A stretch of DNA of 64,000 nucleotides from Aneurinibacillus sp. (GTDB taxonomy: Bacteria; Bacillota; UBA5301; DYFA01). Positions within the stretch are counted from its first letter, which is position 1; every line of letters begins with the position of its first letter. Positions 9,410 to 18,465 of this stretch are shown in pieces. The stretch lies in contig DYFA01000027.1 of NCBI GenBank assembly GCA_020725425.1, forward strand, positions 24,131 to 88,130, read 5' to 3'. The notes under the pieces were generated by a model, which worked only from the letters and a program-made list of their open reading frames with translations, was not told where the DNA came from and did no database searches. A program made the translations under genes and the position numbers.

Positions 9410-9540
9410 CTGACTCACCTCCCCGCTCGCTAGCATCTTATGCCCCGGTAGTGAGCCGGTTCTAGGAGGCAGGCCGGGCTTCGTGCTTGTCACCCTTCTG
9501 GCGCCTCTCATATCATGAGACGAAAAGGGGAGGGAGTGCC

Positions 9541-10167
9541 GTGAGCGTCAGGGTCTTTCTCGGCGGCAGTGAGCTCCTGGGACTCCGGCATCCGAGCTAC
9601 GCCGACCCGCTTATCGCCGTCTGCCAGGCCGCGGGACTGGACTTCACCTACCGGCCGGACCTGGAGTGCCTCTTTATCGCCTCGCCGGTGGCCGGCGCCC
9701 TTGTGGCGTTGAAGGTGGAGGAGCCCTCCTCCGGGACCCTGCGGCGCCGGTTAACCGCTTTGTTGCGCGGGGCGGGCGCTCAGGTGGTCTCGGAAGTCGG
9801 GCTGATCGGCCGGCGCTACGGTGACGTGGCGTTGCGTCTGGTGGTGGAGGAGGGCCGGCGGGTGACCGAGATCCGTTATCCTCTGGGGAGTGCCTTATCC
9901 CGCATCCTGGCTTGTGGGGTGGCCAGGGCACTCGACCAAGCCGGCCTGCCGGTCGAGGCGCCCCGGGGCGAGTTCGCCGGCTTCGGCCGACGGGTGCCGT
10001 TGGCCCGCGTAAGGGTGGCAGAAGCGGCACCGCCCGTTGCGGCGGACCTGTACGCCCAGGGCCTGTTCCTCGGCATAACCCGCTTTCTGTGGTGGCGATC
10101 GTTGGCGCGATGCCGGGAGCGGCAGGCCGAGGCCGTACAGAGGGGGGTGAACGCCCCCCTGTCGTAG
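9541..10167 (+). CDS. Hypothetical protein
   Basis: GTG after an AAAAGGGGAGGGAG ribosome-binding site, with protein-like composition. No family recognised. Confidence 0.4.
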   Translation: MSVRVFLGGSELLGLRHPSYADPLIAVCQAAGLDFTYRPDLECLFIASPVAGALVALKVEEPSSGTLRRRLTALLRGAGAQVVSEVGLIGRRYGDVALRLVVEEGRRVTEIRYPLGSALSRILACGVARALDQAGLPVEAPRGEFAGFGRRVPLARVRVAEAAPPVAADLYAQGLFLGITRFLWWRSLARCRERQAEAVQRGVNAPLS

Positions 10168-10183
10168 CGCGGCGAAGGAAACC

Positions 10184-10764
10184 ATGGGCTCCCGTGGAAG
10201 TATTCGCGGCAAAGCTGCGCAAGCGAGGCAGTCGATGGGAGGTACGAGGGTGAGACGGTGGAGAGAGTGGAGCGCGAGAGTAGCAGCGGCTCTTCTGCTG
10301 CTCTCGATGCTGGTCCCGACGGCGCTGGCGGGAGACACGGGGCTCAGCGTGGCGGTCATGGACTTTGAGGACGCGTGGAGCGGACCCGGCTCGAGCAGAT
10401 CATGAAGGAGCAGAACTTCCAAGCGGGCACTGCGGTGGATGAGTCCACCGCGGTGCAGCTCGGAAGGGTGTTGGGCGTGCGGCTCATGGTCCTGGGCGCC
10501 GTGACGGAGTTCAACGTGAGAGGGATCAGCGGGCTGTCGGTCGGCAACATTGGACTGGGTGTGCAGACCGCCTCGGCCAAGGTGTCGGCTCGCTTGGTGG
10601 ACGTCCAGACTGGAGAGATCCTTGCCGCGGTGAAAGGTGAAGGCAACGCCTCCGGCGGGGCGGGCGCCATCAAGGTGGTGAGTGTGGATCCGGCGGCCTC
10701 CGTGGCCACCGTTTCAGAGTCCCAGGATGAGATCCAGGTAGGGGATGTGGTCGAGACTGAGTAA
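10184..10764 (+). pseudogene. Disrupted CsgG/TolB-N-like periplasmic protein gene (frameshifted, possibly internally deleted)
   Basis: Two overlapping ORFs in different frames (10184..10405 and 10375..10764) together encode a signal peptide, LSVAVMDFED, then LEQIMKEQNFQ...LGVRLMVLGAVTEF. This is a CsgG-like motif order, but about 40 residues between the motifs are missing. Confidence 0.4.
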
Positions 10765-10812
10765 CCGGTCCCTGCCCTGGCGGGGCGTTGGGTCGGGTAG
10801 GAGACCGGGCGG

Positions 10813-11460
10813 TCAGCGCAGGTACGGGGTGAAAAGAAGCCAGGTGAGCGGGAGATCCACTGCCGCGACCGCCAGAATCCCGGCGTAGGAAGAGGAGAGG
10901 CGCCGGTCCTGCCGCAAGGAGACGGCGGCCCAAACCCCGAGGGCAAAGAAAGCGGTCGAGATGAGCCAGCCCACGGGTAGGGGAGCGAGCCAAGCCGGCA
11001 GGAGCGAGCGGACGGTGACCTCGTAGAAGGTGCGTCTCAGAAGCAGCGTTTTGCCGATCAGATAGGAAGCGAGGCCCAGGTTCATCACTGCCCGATCGTG
11101 GTGTTCTACCCAGGTCAGAGCTACCGCGGAGATGACAGTCACGACCGCCACGGTCAAGAGCACTGTAGCTGGGATGTAGTACAGCGCCAGGAAGAAGGAG
11201 AAGAGACCCAAGGCAGTGCCGGTCAGCGCTTCCCACAGATCCGCCGGAGCGAGGCGGTTATAGCGGCGGAAGGCGGTCCCGGTACCGGTGACCGAGATCC
11301 GGTAGCGGCCGAACCCGGCGCTCTCCGTGAAGCACAGGATCCGCTCTCCCTCCGTTCCGGCCAGGGTGGGTTGGAGAACCGCCCCGGTGGCCCGGGAGGC
11401 GAAGGCCGGCGCGGTCAATCCGTCAGGCCGCAGCGTTGCGGTGAAGGCTTGAAAGCTCAC
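10813..11460 (-). CDS. C-terminal part of a split membrane-anchored protein (about 4 transmembrane helices)
   Basis: Protein-like N-terminus (ATGAVLQPTLAGTEGERILCF) and C-terminal transmembrane helices. Its upstream reading frame continues in-frame to about 11556, overlapping the end of 11423..12196. Confidence 0.45.
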   Translation of the reverse strand: MSFQAFTATLRPDGLTAPAFASRATGAVLQPTLAGTEGERILCFTESAGFGRYRISVTGTGTAFRRYNRLAPADLWEALTGTALGLFSFFLALYYIPATVLLTVAVVTVISAVALTWVEHHDRAVMNLGLASYLIGKTLLLRRTFYEVTVRSLLPAWLAPLPVGWLISTAFFALGVWAAVSLRQDRRLSSSYAGILAVAAVDLPLTWLLFTPYLR

Positions 11461-12196
11461 CCCGTGGCGGCCGGAGACTTTCCCTGTGCCGGCGGCCTCG
11501 AGGTGTTCGCCGCCGGACGGTGGCCAGCTCCTGAGTGGCCAGGAGAAGGCTGGTCACTCTGGGCTTGTGCTGCTGCCAGAGAGTAAGGCAGTACAGGTTG
11601 GTCCGGTCGAACCCCACCTGAAGGCTGGCCAGTGACCGGCCCAGCGTGGTGAGGGACCCGAGGGAGTCGAGCTTGACCCCGCCGGGGGCGCTTTCGGGAA
11701 ACAGGACGGCGTGCCAGAGCGCCAGCTCTCCGGACCGGTCGGGCACAGCGAGCGCCAGGTGAAGCTCGCCGGCGGCCGCCACTGCCACCGTCCCGGCCGG
11801 GAGGCTGTACTGGGTGACCACCCGGCCAGACGGATCGAGCACGGCTCCGCCCGCTCCTCCGGGACTCACCCAGAAGAAGGCGCCGCTCCCGGCACCCCCG
11901 ACCACTTCTCCGGCGGGGCTGGCGCCCTCGATGAACCCCTGGCGGAGGACCCGCCCGTCGGGCGCGAGCCGGGCGAAGCGCACGGAATCTCCGGCCGCCC
12001 AGGCGAGGAGATAACCTTCACCCCTCAGGGTCTCCACTGCCACTGGCGTGTTGAGATCCGTCTCCCCCACGCGTACCGATCGGCTCCAGGCAGGCGACGG
12101 GGGAGAGACCACCCGCTGCAGTTCCTCGCTGAAGTGAAGGCCAGTGACTGCCAGGACCGTCAACCCCACCACCGCGACCCACGGTTTCATGCCCAT
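11423..12196 (-). CDS. N-terminal part of a split exported protein
   Basis: ATG at 12196 gives signal peptide MKPWVAVVGLTVLAVTGL. The last 40 residues are Arg-rich and look out-of-frame. This is probably one gene with 10813..11460, split by a frameshift. Confidence 0.45.
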   Translation of the reverse strand: MGMKPWVAVVGLTVLAVTGLHFSEELQRVVSPPSPAWSRSVRVGETDLNTPVAVETLRGEGYLLAWAAGDSVRFARLAPDGRVLRQGFIEGASPAGEVVGGAGSGAFFWVSPGGAGGAVLDPSGRVVTQYSLPAGTVAVAAAGELHLALAVPDRSGELALWHAVLFPESAPGGVKLDSLGSLTTLGRSLASLQVGFDRTNLYCLTLWQQHKPRVTSLLLATQELATVRRRTPRGRRHRESLRPPRGELSSLHRNAAA

Positions 12197-12292
12197 CTTC
12201 CTCGCGACTCTGGATATTCCCCGGCAGAGGGGGCGATTCCTGGGAGAGGCGGAGAGAAAGGTTTCTCCTTCGGGGCGCCGAATTCTCAGGTC

Positions 12293-13756
12293 ATGGACCG
12301 CACTCAGATGGCCTTTCAGTCGGTGGTGTTCTTCTTCTATGGCCTGGGCTTCTTCGTGCTGGGCATGGCCACCGCTTTCCAGTACCGGCCGCGGAGCGAG
12401 TTCCCGTTGACCAAGGCCATCTGGGCGCTGGCCGGCTTCGGCGTCTTTCATGCCTTTCACGAGTGGTCCCTGGTTTTCGCTCCCATCCAGGAGGCGATCC
12501 TGCCCCCCTCTGGCGTGTTGCTCTTCAAAGTGGGGGAGGCGGCGGCGACCGCCGTCTCGTGGGCTCTCCTCTGGCAGTTCGGCGCGCTGCTCCTGCCGCA
12601 GTCGGAGCGCGGCTCGCCGGTGCTGCGCCGGGTTCCGCTGGCGGTCTTCCTCGGCTGGCTGGTCTTGCTGGGTCGGGTGCATTACCTCCTCCGACTTCAC
12701 CCGCAGCCGCTGGCCATAGCCCTCGCCGAACTCCGCAGCCTCGAACACCTCGCCCACTACCTCCTCGGCGTGCCGGCCGCGGTGGTCACCGCTTGGGCCC
12801 TCCTGGGGCAGGCCGCGGAATTCCGCGCCACCAGGTTGGACTGCCTGGTAGCTCCCTTGCGCTGGGCGTCGTGTTCCTTTTTCTGTTACGCCGCATTGAC
12901 GGGGTTCGTCATTTACCGTCCCGGCCTCGGCCTGGTCTCCCTCTTCACCCAGACTGAGCTGGCGACCTGGTGGTCGGTGTCGGTGCAGGTGCTCCAGTTG
13001 TTCACCGTGGTCGTCATGACCATCGCCACGGTGCGTGTCCTGGGTATCTTCAACCTGGAGGGGGAGCGGCGGCTGGAGGAGGCCGAGACCCAGCGGGCGA
13101 TCCTCAACGAACGGCTCCGGATCAGCCGGGACCTGCACGACGGGGTCATGCAGTCCATCTATGCTGTGGGGTTGGCGCTGGAGAACGTGCTCTTCCTGAT
13201 GAGCGAGGATCACTCCCGCGCCCGGAACGAACTCGAACGCTCGATGGCCCGGCTCAACGACACGATTCAGGACATCCGGGGGTACATCCTGAATCTGCGG
13301 CCTGCCCGGAGGTCGACCGGGGACCTGTATGCCAGTGTGCTCGAGGTGGTGGCCCAGTTCCGGGCCGGCGTGGCCCTCCGGACGACCATCGAACTGGAAC
13401 CGCTCCGGGCGGTCAGCCTTCCGCCGGAACAGGTCGAGGAGGTCTGCCAGATCGTCCGGGAAGCGCTGACCAACGTCGCCCGCCACGCCCGCGCCACGGA
13501 GGTGGCCGTTACCGCCCGCCTCCAGTGGGGCCAGGCGGTGGAGCTCGCGGTATGGGACAACGGCCAGGGGTTCCAGCCTGCCAGTATCCGTCCCGAGGGG
13601 CGCCAGGGGTTGAGGAACATGCGGGAGCGGGCGGAGGGGATCGGCGGCAGCCTGGAGGTGAACAGCCGGCGCGGCCGGGGTACGGAGGTGGTGCTCCGCC
13701 TGCCGCTGGGAGGAGGGTCCGTGGATGAACCGGAGCATTCGCATAGTGCTGGTTGA
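12293..13756 (+). CDS. Sensor histidine kinase, NarL-family type (HisKA_3 + HATPase_c) with a multi-TM sensor
   Basis: Six or seven N-terminal transmembrane helices, followed by RISRDLHDGVMQSIYAVGLAL (H-box) and an ATPase domain (LTNVARHA...DNGQGF...GLRNMRERAEGIGGSL). The track ORF extends upstream to 11711 without support. Confidence 0.8.
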   Translation: MDRTQMAFQSVVFFFYGLGFFVLGMATAFQYRPRSEFPLTKAIWALAGFGVFHAFHEWSLVFAPIQEAILPPSGVLLFKVGEAAATAVSWALLWQFGALLLPQSERGSPVLRRVPLAVFLGWLVLLGRVHYLLRLHPQPLAIALAELRSLEHLAHYLLGVPAAVVTAWALLGQAAEFRATRLDCLVAPLRWASCSFFCYAALTGFVIYRPGLGLVSLFTQTELATWWSVSVQVLQLFTVVVMTIATVRVLGIFNLEGERRLEEAETQRAILNERLRISRDLHDGVMQSIYAVGLALENVLFLMSEDHSRARNELERSMARLNDTIQDIRGYILNLRPARRSTGDLYASVLEVVAQFRAGVALRTTIELEPLRAVSLPPEQVEEVCQIVREALTNVARHARATEVAVTARLQWGQAVELAVWDNGQGFQPASIRPEGRQGLRNMRERAEGIGGSLEVNSRRGRGTEVVLRLPLGGGSVDEPEHSHSAG

Positions 13757-14402
13757 CGATCACGCCGTGGTGCGGGAGGGTCTGGCCGCCGTCCTGGGGC
13801 GCTGCCCCGACCTGGAGGTGGTCGGCGAGGCCGGTTCGGCCGCCCAGGCGGTGGAGGTGGCCGGCCGGACCCAGCCGGACGTCGTGGTGATGGATATCCG
13901 CATGCCGGGCGGGAGCGGCATCGACGCCTGCCGGGAGATCACCTCCCGGTGGCCGGAGGTGCGGATTCTCGTGCTGACCTCGTACGCCGACGACGAAGCC
14001 GTGCTCGCCTCCATCGCCGCCGGCGCCAGCGGGTACGTTCTGAAGCAAGTGGGGAGCCAGGGCCTGGTGGAAGCGATCCGCCGGGTGGCGGCGGGGGAAT
14101 CGCTGCTCGACCCAAGCGTAACCGGGCAGGTCTTGGCGGAAGTCCGCCGGGCGGCCGCCGCTCGCGACCCGGAACTGGCGCTCCTCAACGACCAGGAGCG
14201 CAAGATCCTGGGTTTGATCGCCGCCGGGAAGACCAACCGCGAAATCGCCACCGCCGTCTACCTCTCAGAAAAGACGGTCCGCAACTACGTGAGCGGCATC
14301 TTCACCAAGCTGAACCTGGCCAACCGGGCTGAGGCCGCGGCCTTCGCCGCCCGCAAGGGACTCCGCCCCGACCCTTCAGCCAACGGGACCGACAAAGCAT
14401 GA
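13725..14402 (+). CDS. Response regulator, NarL/LuxR family
   Basis: Receiver domain (IVLVDDH...VVVMDIRMPGGSG) and LuxR helix-turn-helix (ERKILGLIAAGKTNREIATAVYLSEKTVRNYVSGIFTKL). GGAGG ribosome-binding site. Overlaps the histidine kinase 3' end. Confidence 0.9.
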   Translation: MNRSIRIVLVDDHAVVREGLAAVLGRCPDLEVVGEAGSAAQAVEVAGRTQPDVVVMDIRMPGGSGIDACREITSRWPEVRILVLTSYADDEAVLASIAAGASGYVLKQVGSQGLVEAIRRVAAGESLLDPSVTGQVLAEVRRAAAARDPELALLNDQERKILGLIAAGKTNREIATAVYLSEKTVRNYVSGIFTKLNLANRAEAAAFAARKGLRPDPSANGTDKA

Positions 14403-14502
14403 CACCCTGCCCAAAACCTGAGGACATTTGCCCCATGCTGGTTGAAACAAAAGGCAGGATAATGTAGTCAAGGATTGGCGGAGCAGCAGCGTTCACACCC
14501 AT

Positions 14503-14530
14503 GCAGGTGCCAGCCCACCTGCTTTGTTGC
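14503..14530 (+). terminator. Intrinsic terminator after the two-component operon
   Basis: GCAGGTG-ccagcc-CACCTGC hairpin followed by TTTGTTGC. Confidence 0.5.
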
Positions 14531-14752
14531 AGGCGTCGTCCCGCAAGCCTCCCTTACCTTTGAATCCTAGACGCAGCAACCCCCCTCCCCCTCCACCTGT
14601 ACTACAACCGCCAATTGCCTGGAGCCGGCCGACGAGGCCGGCTCGCGCCTTTCGTACGCCCCGAGGCCGAATTGCCTTCCCCCGGGAATTTCCTCCTCCG
14701 CTCTTACCCACACTATCCTTGCCGCTTCACTGGGAATTTGAACGGCGGGGTG

Positions 14753-16024
14753 ATGGTCGTGCAGGAGGCGCTCCGCAATCTCCTCCGGCAGAAGGGGCGG
14801 ACAGCCCTGACGGTCACCGGGATCGTGATCGGCATCTTCGCCCTGACGGTCATGGGGGCGCTGGCGGAGAAGTTCAACCAGATGATCGCCAACGGGGAGC
14901 GGTACTTCACCCACCAGATCTCCGTGTACGCCGCTCATGTCAACGGTGCGCCGCTCGGCTCCAACTTCTTCCCGGCGGAGAAGGTGGAGGAGATCAAGCG
15001 TGTCCCCGGCGTCGACGAGGTGGCCCCGGAGGTGCTGATGCTGATGGAGGAGGAGACGCGCCGCCTGACCCTGGGGATACCGCCGTTGATCCACGGGACG
15101 GACCTGGCCGCCGTAGCCCGGACCCGCCGGGGGAACCAGCTCGTCCTGCGGGAAGGCCGCATGCCACGGCCGGGGGAGCGGGGATGGGTGGTCGTCGGTG
15201 CAGATCTGGCCTTCGAGCGTAAGGCACAGGTGGGCGAGGTGCTCCGGTTGCGCGGCCGCTCCTTCCGGGTGGTGGGGGTGGCGGACAAGACTATGACCGG
15301 GCCCGACCGCATGGCCTTCGTGGCGTTGGAGGACGCCCAGGCGCTGCTGGCGGAGAGCCAGCCTTACCTGCGGCTGCTGAAGGAGCAGGCTGAGGCGGTT
15401 CGGGCGATCCCGGACTTCTGGGTGGTGCTCCTCCCGCCGGCGATCCGGCGCCAGCTGCAGGCAGTGAGCCACCTCCCCGTGCAGGGCCTGGCCACGGCGG
15501 CCTCGGTAGGGTGGAAACCCGGCGAGGATCCCGAAGAGGTGGCCCGGAGGATTCGGAAGGCCGTCTCCGGGGTCGAGGTCTACTCGCCGGCGGAGATGCG
15601 CCGAAGCCTCCGCCAGGCCACGCTCCTCTTCAACCTCCTGATCCTCGGCAGTGCGACCATCGCCCTGGTGGTGGGAGCCCTGGCGGTGATCAACACCATG
15701 ACGATGGCGGTCCTGGAGCGAACCCGTGAGATCGGGCTGAAGCGGGCGTTGGGGGCGCGGACCGCCGACGTTCTCCGGGAGTACCTCCTGGAGGCCGGAC
15801 TGATCGGGTTCCTGGGCGGGCTGGCCGGCGTCGGGTCGGGCGTGGCCTTTGTATCAGCCTTGAACCGCTGGATGGCGGAGCGGGGGGCGGTCCTCTTCGC
15901 CGCGACGCCGCGCCTCGAGCTCCTGGGGGTGGTTCTGGCCACCGGGCTCGGGGTGGCGGCCGGAGTCTACCCGGCGCTGCGGGCGGCGCGACTCGATTGC
16001 GTGCAGGCGTTGCGGGAGGAGTGA
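14753..16024 (+). CDS. ABC transporter permease, FtsX/MacB family
   Basis: N-terminal transmembrane helix, large extracytoplasmic domain and C-terminal FtsX-like 3-TM bundle (LGARTADVLREYLLEAGLIGFLGGLAG). ATG at 14753. The track start further upstream is unsupported. Confidence 0.8.
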   Translation: MVVQEALRNLLRQKGRTALTVTGIVIGIFALTVMGALAEKFNQMIANGERYFTHQISVYAAHVNGAPLGSNFFPAEKVEEIKRVPGVDEVAPEVLMLMEEETRRLTLGIPPLIHGTDLAAVARTRRGNQLVLREGRMPRPGERGWVVVGADLAFERKAQVGEVLRLRGRSFRVVGVADKTMTGPDRMAFVALEDAQALLAESQPYLRLLKEQAEAVRAIPDFWVVLLPPAIRRQLQAVSHLPVQGLATAASVGWKPGEDPEEVARRIRKAVSGVEVYSPAEMRRSLRQATLLFNLLILGSATIALVVGALAVINTMTMAVLERTREIGLKRALGARTADVLREYLLEAGLIGFLGGLAGVGSGVAFVSALNRWMAERGAVLFAATPRLELLGVVLATGLGVAAGVYPALRAARLDCVQALREE

Positions 16025-16749
16025 AACAGGCGGTGCTGGTGGAAGCGGAGGACCTGCGCAAGGAGTACCGGCGTAGCCCTGCTCAGGTGGTTCACGCCCT
16101 GAACGGGGTCACGCTGAGTGTGGCGGAGGGCAGCATGGTCGCCATCGTGGGGCCGTCCGGCTCGGGCAAGTCCACCCTCCTCCACCTCCTCGGCTGTCTC
16201 GACCGTCCGACCGCGGGGCGCATCCGACTCCTCGGCGAGGACCCGAGCCGCCTTCCCCCCGGGTCCCTGTCCGACTTCCGCAACCGCAACCTGGGCTTCA
16301 TCTTCCAGCAGCACTACCTGATCCCGACCCTGACTGCCTGGGAGAACGTGGCCCTGCCGCTGCGGTACGCCCGGGTGGGGCCGGCGGCTGCCCGGAGGCG
16401 GGCCCGGGACCTCCTGGCCGAAGTCGGGCTGGCCGAGCGGTTGAACCACCGCCCGGGGGAGCTCTCCGGAGGGCAGCAGCAGCGGGTGGCCATCGCCCGC
16501 GCCCTGGCCTGCGATCCTCCCTTGATTCTGGCGGATGAGCCCACGGGTGAACTCGACTCAACCACCACCGGCCAGGTGATGATCCTGCTCCGCCGGTTGA
16601 ACCGGGAGAGCGGCCGGACCTTCCTCATCGTCACCCACAACCCGGAAGTGGCCCGGGCCTGCGACCGGTGTGTGATTCTTCGGGACGGCCGGGTGGTCGG
16701 GGAGGAGGGCCTCGTCACCGCGGCCGGCGCGGCATCGCCCGACCCGTGA
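15997..16749 (+). CDS. ABC transporter ATP-binding protein (MacB/LolD-type)
   Basis: Walker A GPSGSGKST, signature LSGGQQQRVAIARAL, Walker B ILADEPTGELD. The true start may be the in-frame GTG at 16018 or 16030 after GGAGGAG. Confidence 0.85.
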   Translation: MRAGVAGGVKQAVLVEAEDLRKEYRRSPAQVVHALNGVTLSVAEGSMVAIVGPSGSGKSTLLHLLGCLDRPTAGRIRLLGEDPSRLPPGSLSDFRNRNLGFIFQQHYLIPTLTAWENVALPLRYARVGPAAARRRARDLLAEVGLAERLNHRPGELSGGQQQRVAIARALACDPPLILADEPTGELDSTTTGQVMILLRRLNRESGRTFLIVTHNPEVARACDRCVILRDGRVVGEEGLVTAAGAASPDP

Positions 16750-17626
16750 GGATGAGTCCTTCCACCTTCAGCGCCAAAAGCCGCCGGGCCTCCTCCGGGG
16801 AGGCGGCCGGGCCGGCGAGAACCGCCAGGCGGCGGCGGTGGGCCGCACCCACTACCCGCGCCGTGAGCGCTTCCGGCGCCGCCCACAGCAGGTGGTAGGC
16901 CGGGCGGGCGAACGCGGCGAGGCCGAGGCGGGCCAGGGTGAGGAAGGAGGCGGCCTCCTCCGGAGTGGAGACGGCCGGGGCCTCCGGGATGAGGCGGCGC
17001 AGAGTGGCGGCCACCTCCCGCGACCGGGCGGCAAGGAGAATCGTCCCTGAAACCTCCCACCGCTTCACTATGCGGGCAAGGCGGTCCAGGTGGGCCGGTG
17101 CCGGTGACGGGTCAACGAGCTCGACCAGCATCGGAGTGCCCGGGAAGGCGGCCAAGACCTCTTCGAACAGCGGGATCTGCAGGCCGTGGCCCCGGAAGGA
17201 GAAGGCGCCGGGCGGGTCGGCGAAGCGATACCCGGCGTCCAGGGTTTGGAGGTCCGCCAGGGGGAGAGCCTCGACCGCGCCGTGCCCGTCGGTTGTGGCG
17301 CTCAGGTCGCCGGCGGGATAGACCACCGGTTCCCCGTCGGCGGTGAAGCGGAGCGGCAGCGCCAGCGCCTGCACCCCGTCGGCCAGCGCCCGGCGGAAAG
17401 CTGGCAGGGTGTAGGGTGGGGCGGAGGGGGCCCCGCCGGCGGCGATCAGGAAGGGACGTCCCAGGGTGCCCTGCCAGGGGAAGGGCGCGACACGGGGTGG
17501 AGCGGCCGGGGTGAGCAAAAGGACCCCCGCCGCGGCCAGGGCGGGCGCCGACAGCAGCACGGCGAGCCACTTCAGGATCGGCCGGCGCTGAAACACGACG
17601 GGGCCACCCATCTTGCTCACCCCCAC
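16715..17626 (-). CDS. Glycerophosphodiester phosphodiesterase family protein (membrane-anchored)
   Basis: GDPD-like motifs (TADGEPVVYPAGDLSATTDGHG; QIPLFEEVL) after an N-terminal signal/anchor. Confidence 0.6.
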   Translation of the reverse strand: MGVSKMGGPVVFQRRPILKWLAVLLSAPALAAAGVLLLTPAAPPRVAPFPWQGTLGRPFLIAAGGAPSAPPYTLPAFRRALADGVQALALPLRFTADGEPVVYPAGDLSATTDGHGAVEALPLADLQTLDAGYRFADPPGAFSFRGHGLQIPLFEEVLAAFPGTPMLVELVDPSPAPAHLDRLARIVKRWEVSGTILLAARSREVAATLRRLIPEAPAVSTPEEAASFLTLARLGLAAFARPAYHLLWAAPEALTARVVGAAHRRRLAVLAGPAASPEEARRLLALKVEGLILTGRAMPRRPR

Positions 17627-17663
17627 AGATCCGAGGACGGACTCTGACCTGGCCGGAGTAACT

Positions 17664-18317
17664 TTACGCCTGCGAGGGGGAAAAGATGTCCCGGGAAGGG
17701 CAGTCCGGGGCGAGTGGGCAGGCGGCGCAGCGCGGCCGTCGGGCGGTGCAGACCTGCCGGCCGTGGGCGATGAGCTGATGGTGGGCGCGAAGTCGGAGGT
17801 CTGGCGGCACGAGGGCTTCCAACTCGTCGGAGACCTGGTCCGGCGTCTTGCCGGAGGCGAGGCCCAGACGGTGAGCCACCCGGAAGACGTGGGTGTCGAC
17901 GGGCAGATAAGGGCCGGCGAAGGCGTTGGCCAGCACCACCCCGGCTGTCTTGCGCCCGACCCCCGGCAGGGCGGTCAGGGCTTCGACGGAGGCGGGGACC
18001 TGCCCGCCGTGCTCCTCGACCAGGGCCCGGCAGACGGCGTGAATATGGCGCGCCTTGGTGCGGTTGAGCCCGCACTCCCGGATCAGGCCGGCCAGTTCCT
18101 CCTCGCTCAACTTCAGGAAGTCCTCCGGTCCGGGGTAGCGGGCGAAGAGCGGACCGCTCACCCGATTGACGCATTCGTCGGTGCACTGGGCGGAGAGCAT
18201 GGTGGCGATGAGCAGCTGAAAGGGGTTGGCGTGGACCAGGGCGCAGCGGGCCCCCGGGTAAGCCTGTTCCAGACGAGCGAGGATGCGTTTGAGGCGCTTG
18301 GTGTCACGTGAGCGCAT
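17664..18317 (-). CDS. nth: Endonuclease III
   Basis: HhH-GPD fold (LPGVGRKTAGVVL) with the C-terminal 4Fe-4S cluster loop C-x6-C-x2-C-x5-C. Confidence 0.9.
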   Translation of the reverse strand: MRSRDTKRLKRILARLEQAYPGARCALVHANPFQLLIATMLSAQCTDECVNRVSGPLFARYPGPEDFLKLSEEELAGLIRECGLNRTKARHIHAVCRALVEEHGGQVPASVEALTALPGVGRKTAGVVLANAFAGPYLPVDTHVFRVAHRLGLASGKTPDQVSDELEALVPPDLRLRAHHQLIAHGRQVCTARRPRCAACPLAPDCPSRDIFSPSQA

Positions 18318-18465
18318 GGCGGGGAGTTCGCTCCCTTCTCGCTTTCTTCCTGCTGGCGGAGGTGTCAGGCTGTGGCAGACCGCCTAGAACATGCCGCTTG
18401 GCGGAAGCAGGAAAACTCGCCTCAGATGTAGGAGTGTAACCCGAACACGGGCAAAGGAGTACCTC

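Noticed and set aside
11423-13744. 773-aa minus-strand ORF
   Set aside because: Only its 3' third (11423-12196) is protein-like. The rest is Arg/Pro/Gly-rich antisense to the histidine kinase gene, typical of GC-driven open frames.
18330-18400. Nested hairpins in the epimerase leader (TTCCTGCT...AGCAGGAA enclosing GGCGG...CCGCC)
   Set aside because: Could be fortuitous GC-rich pairing in a divergent promoter region. No recognisable riboswitch motif and no U-tract.
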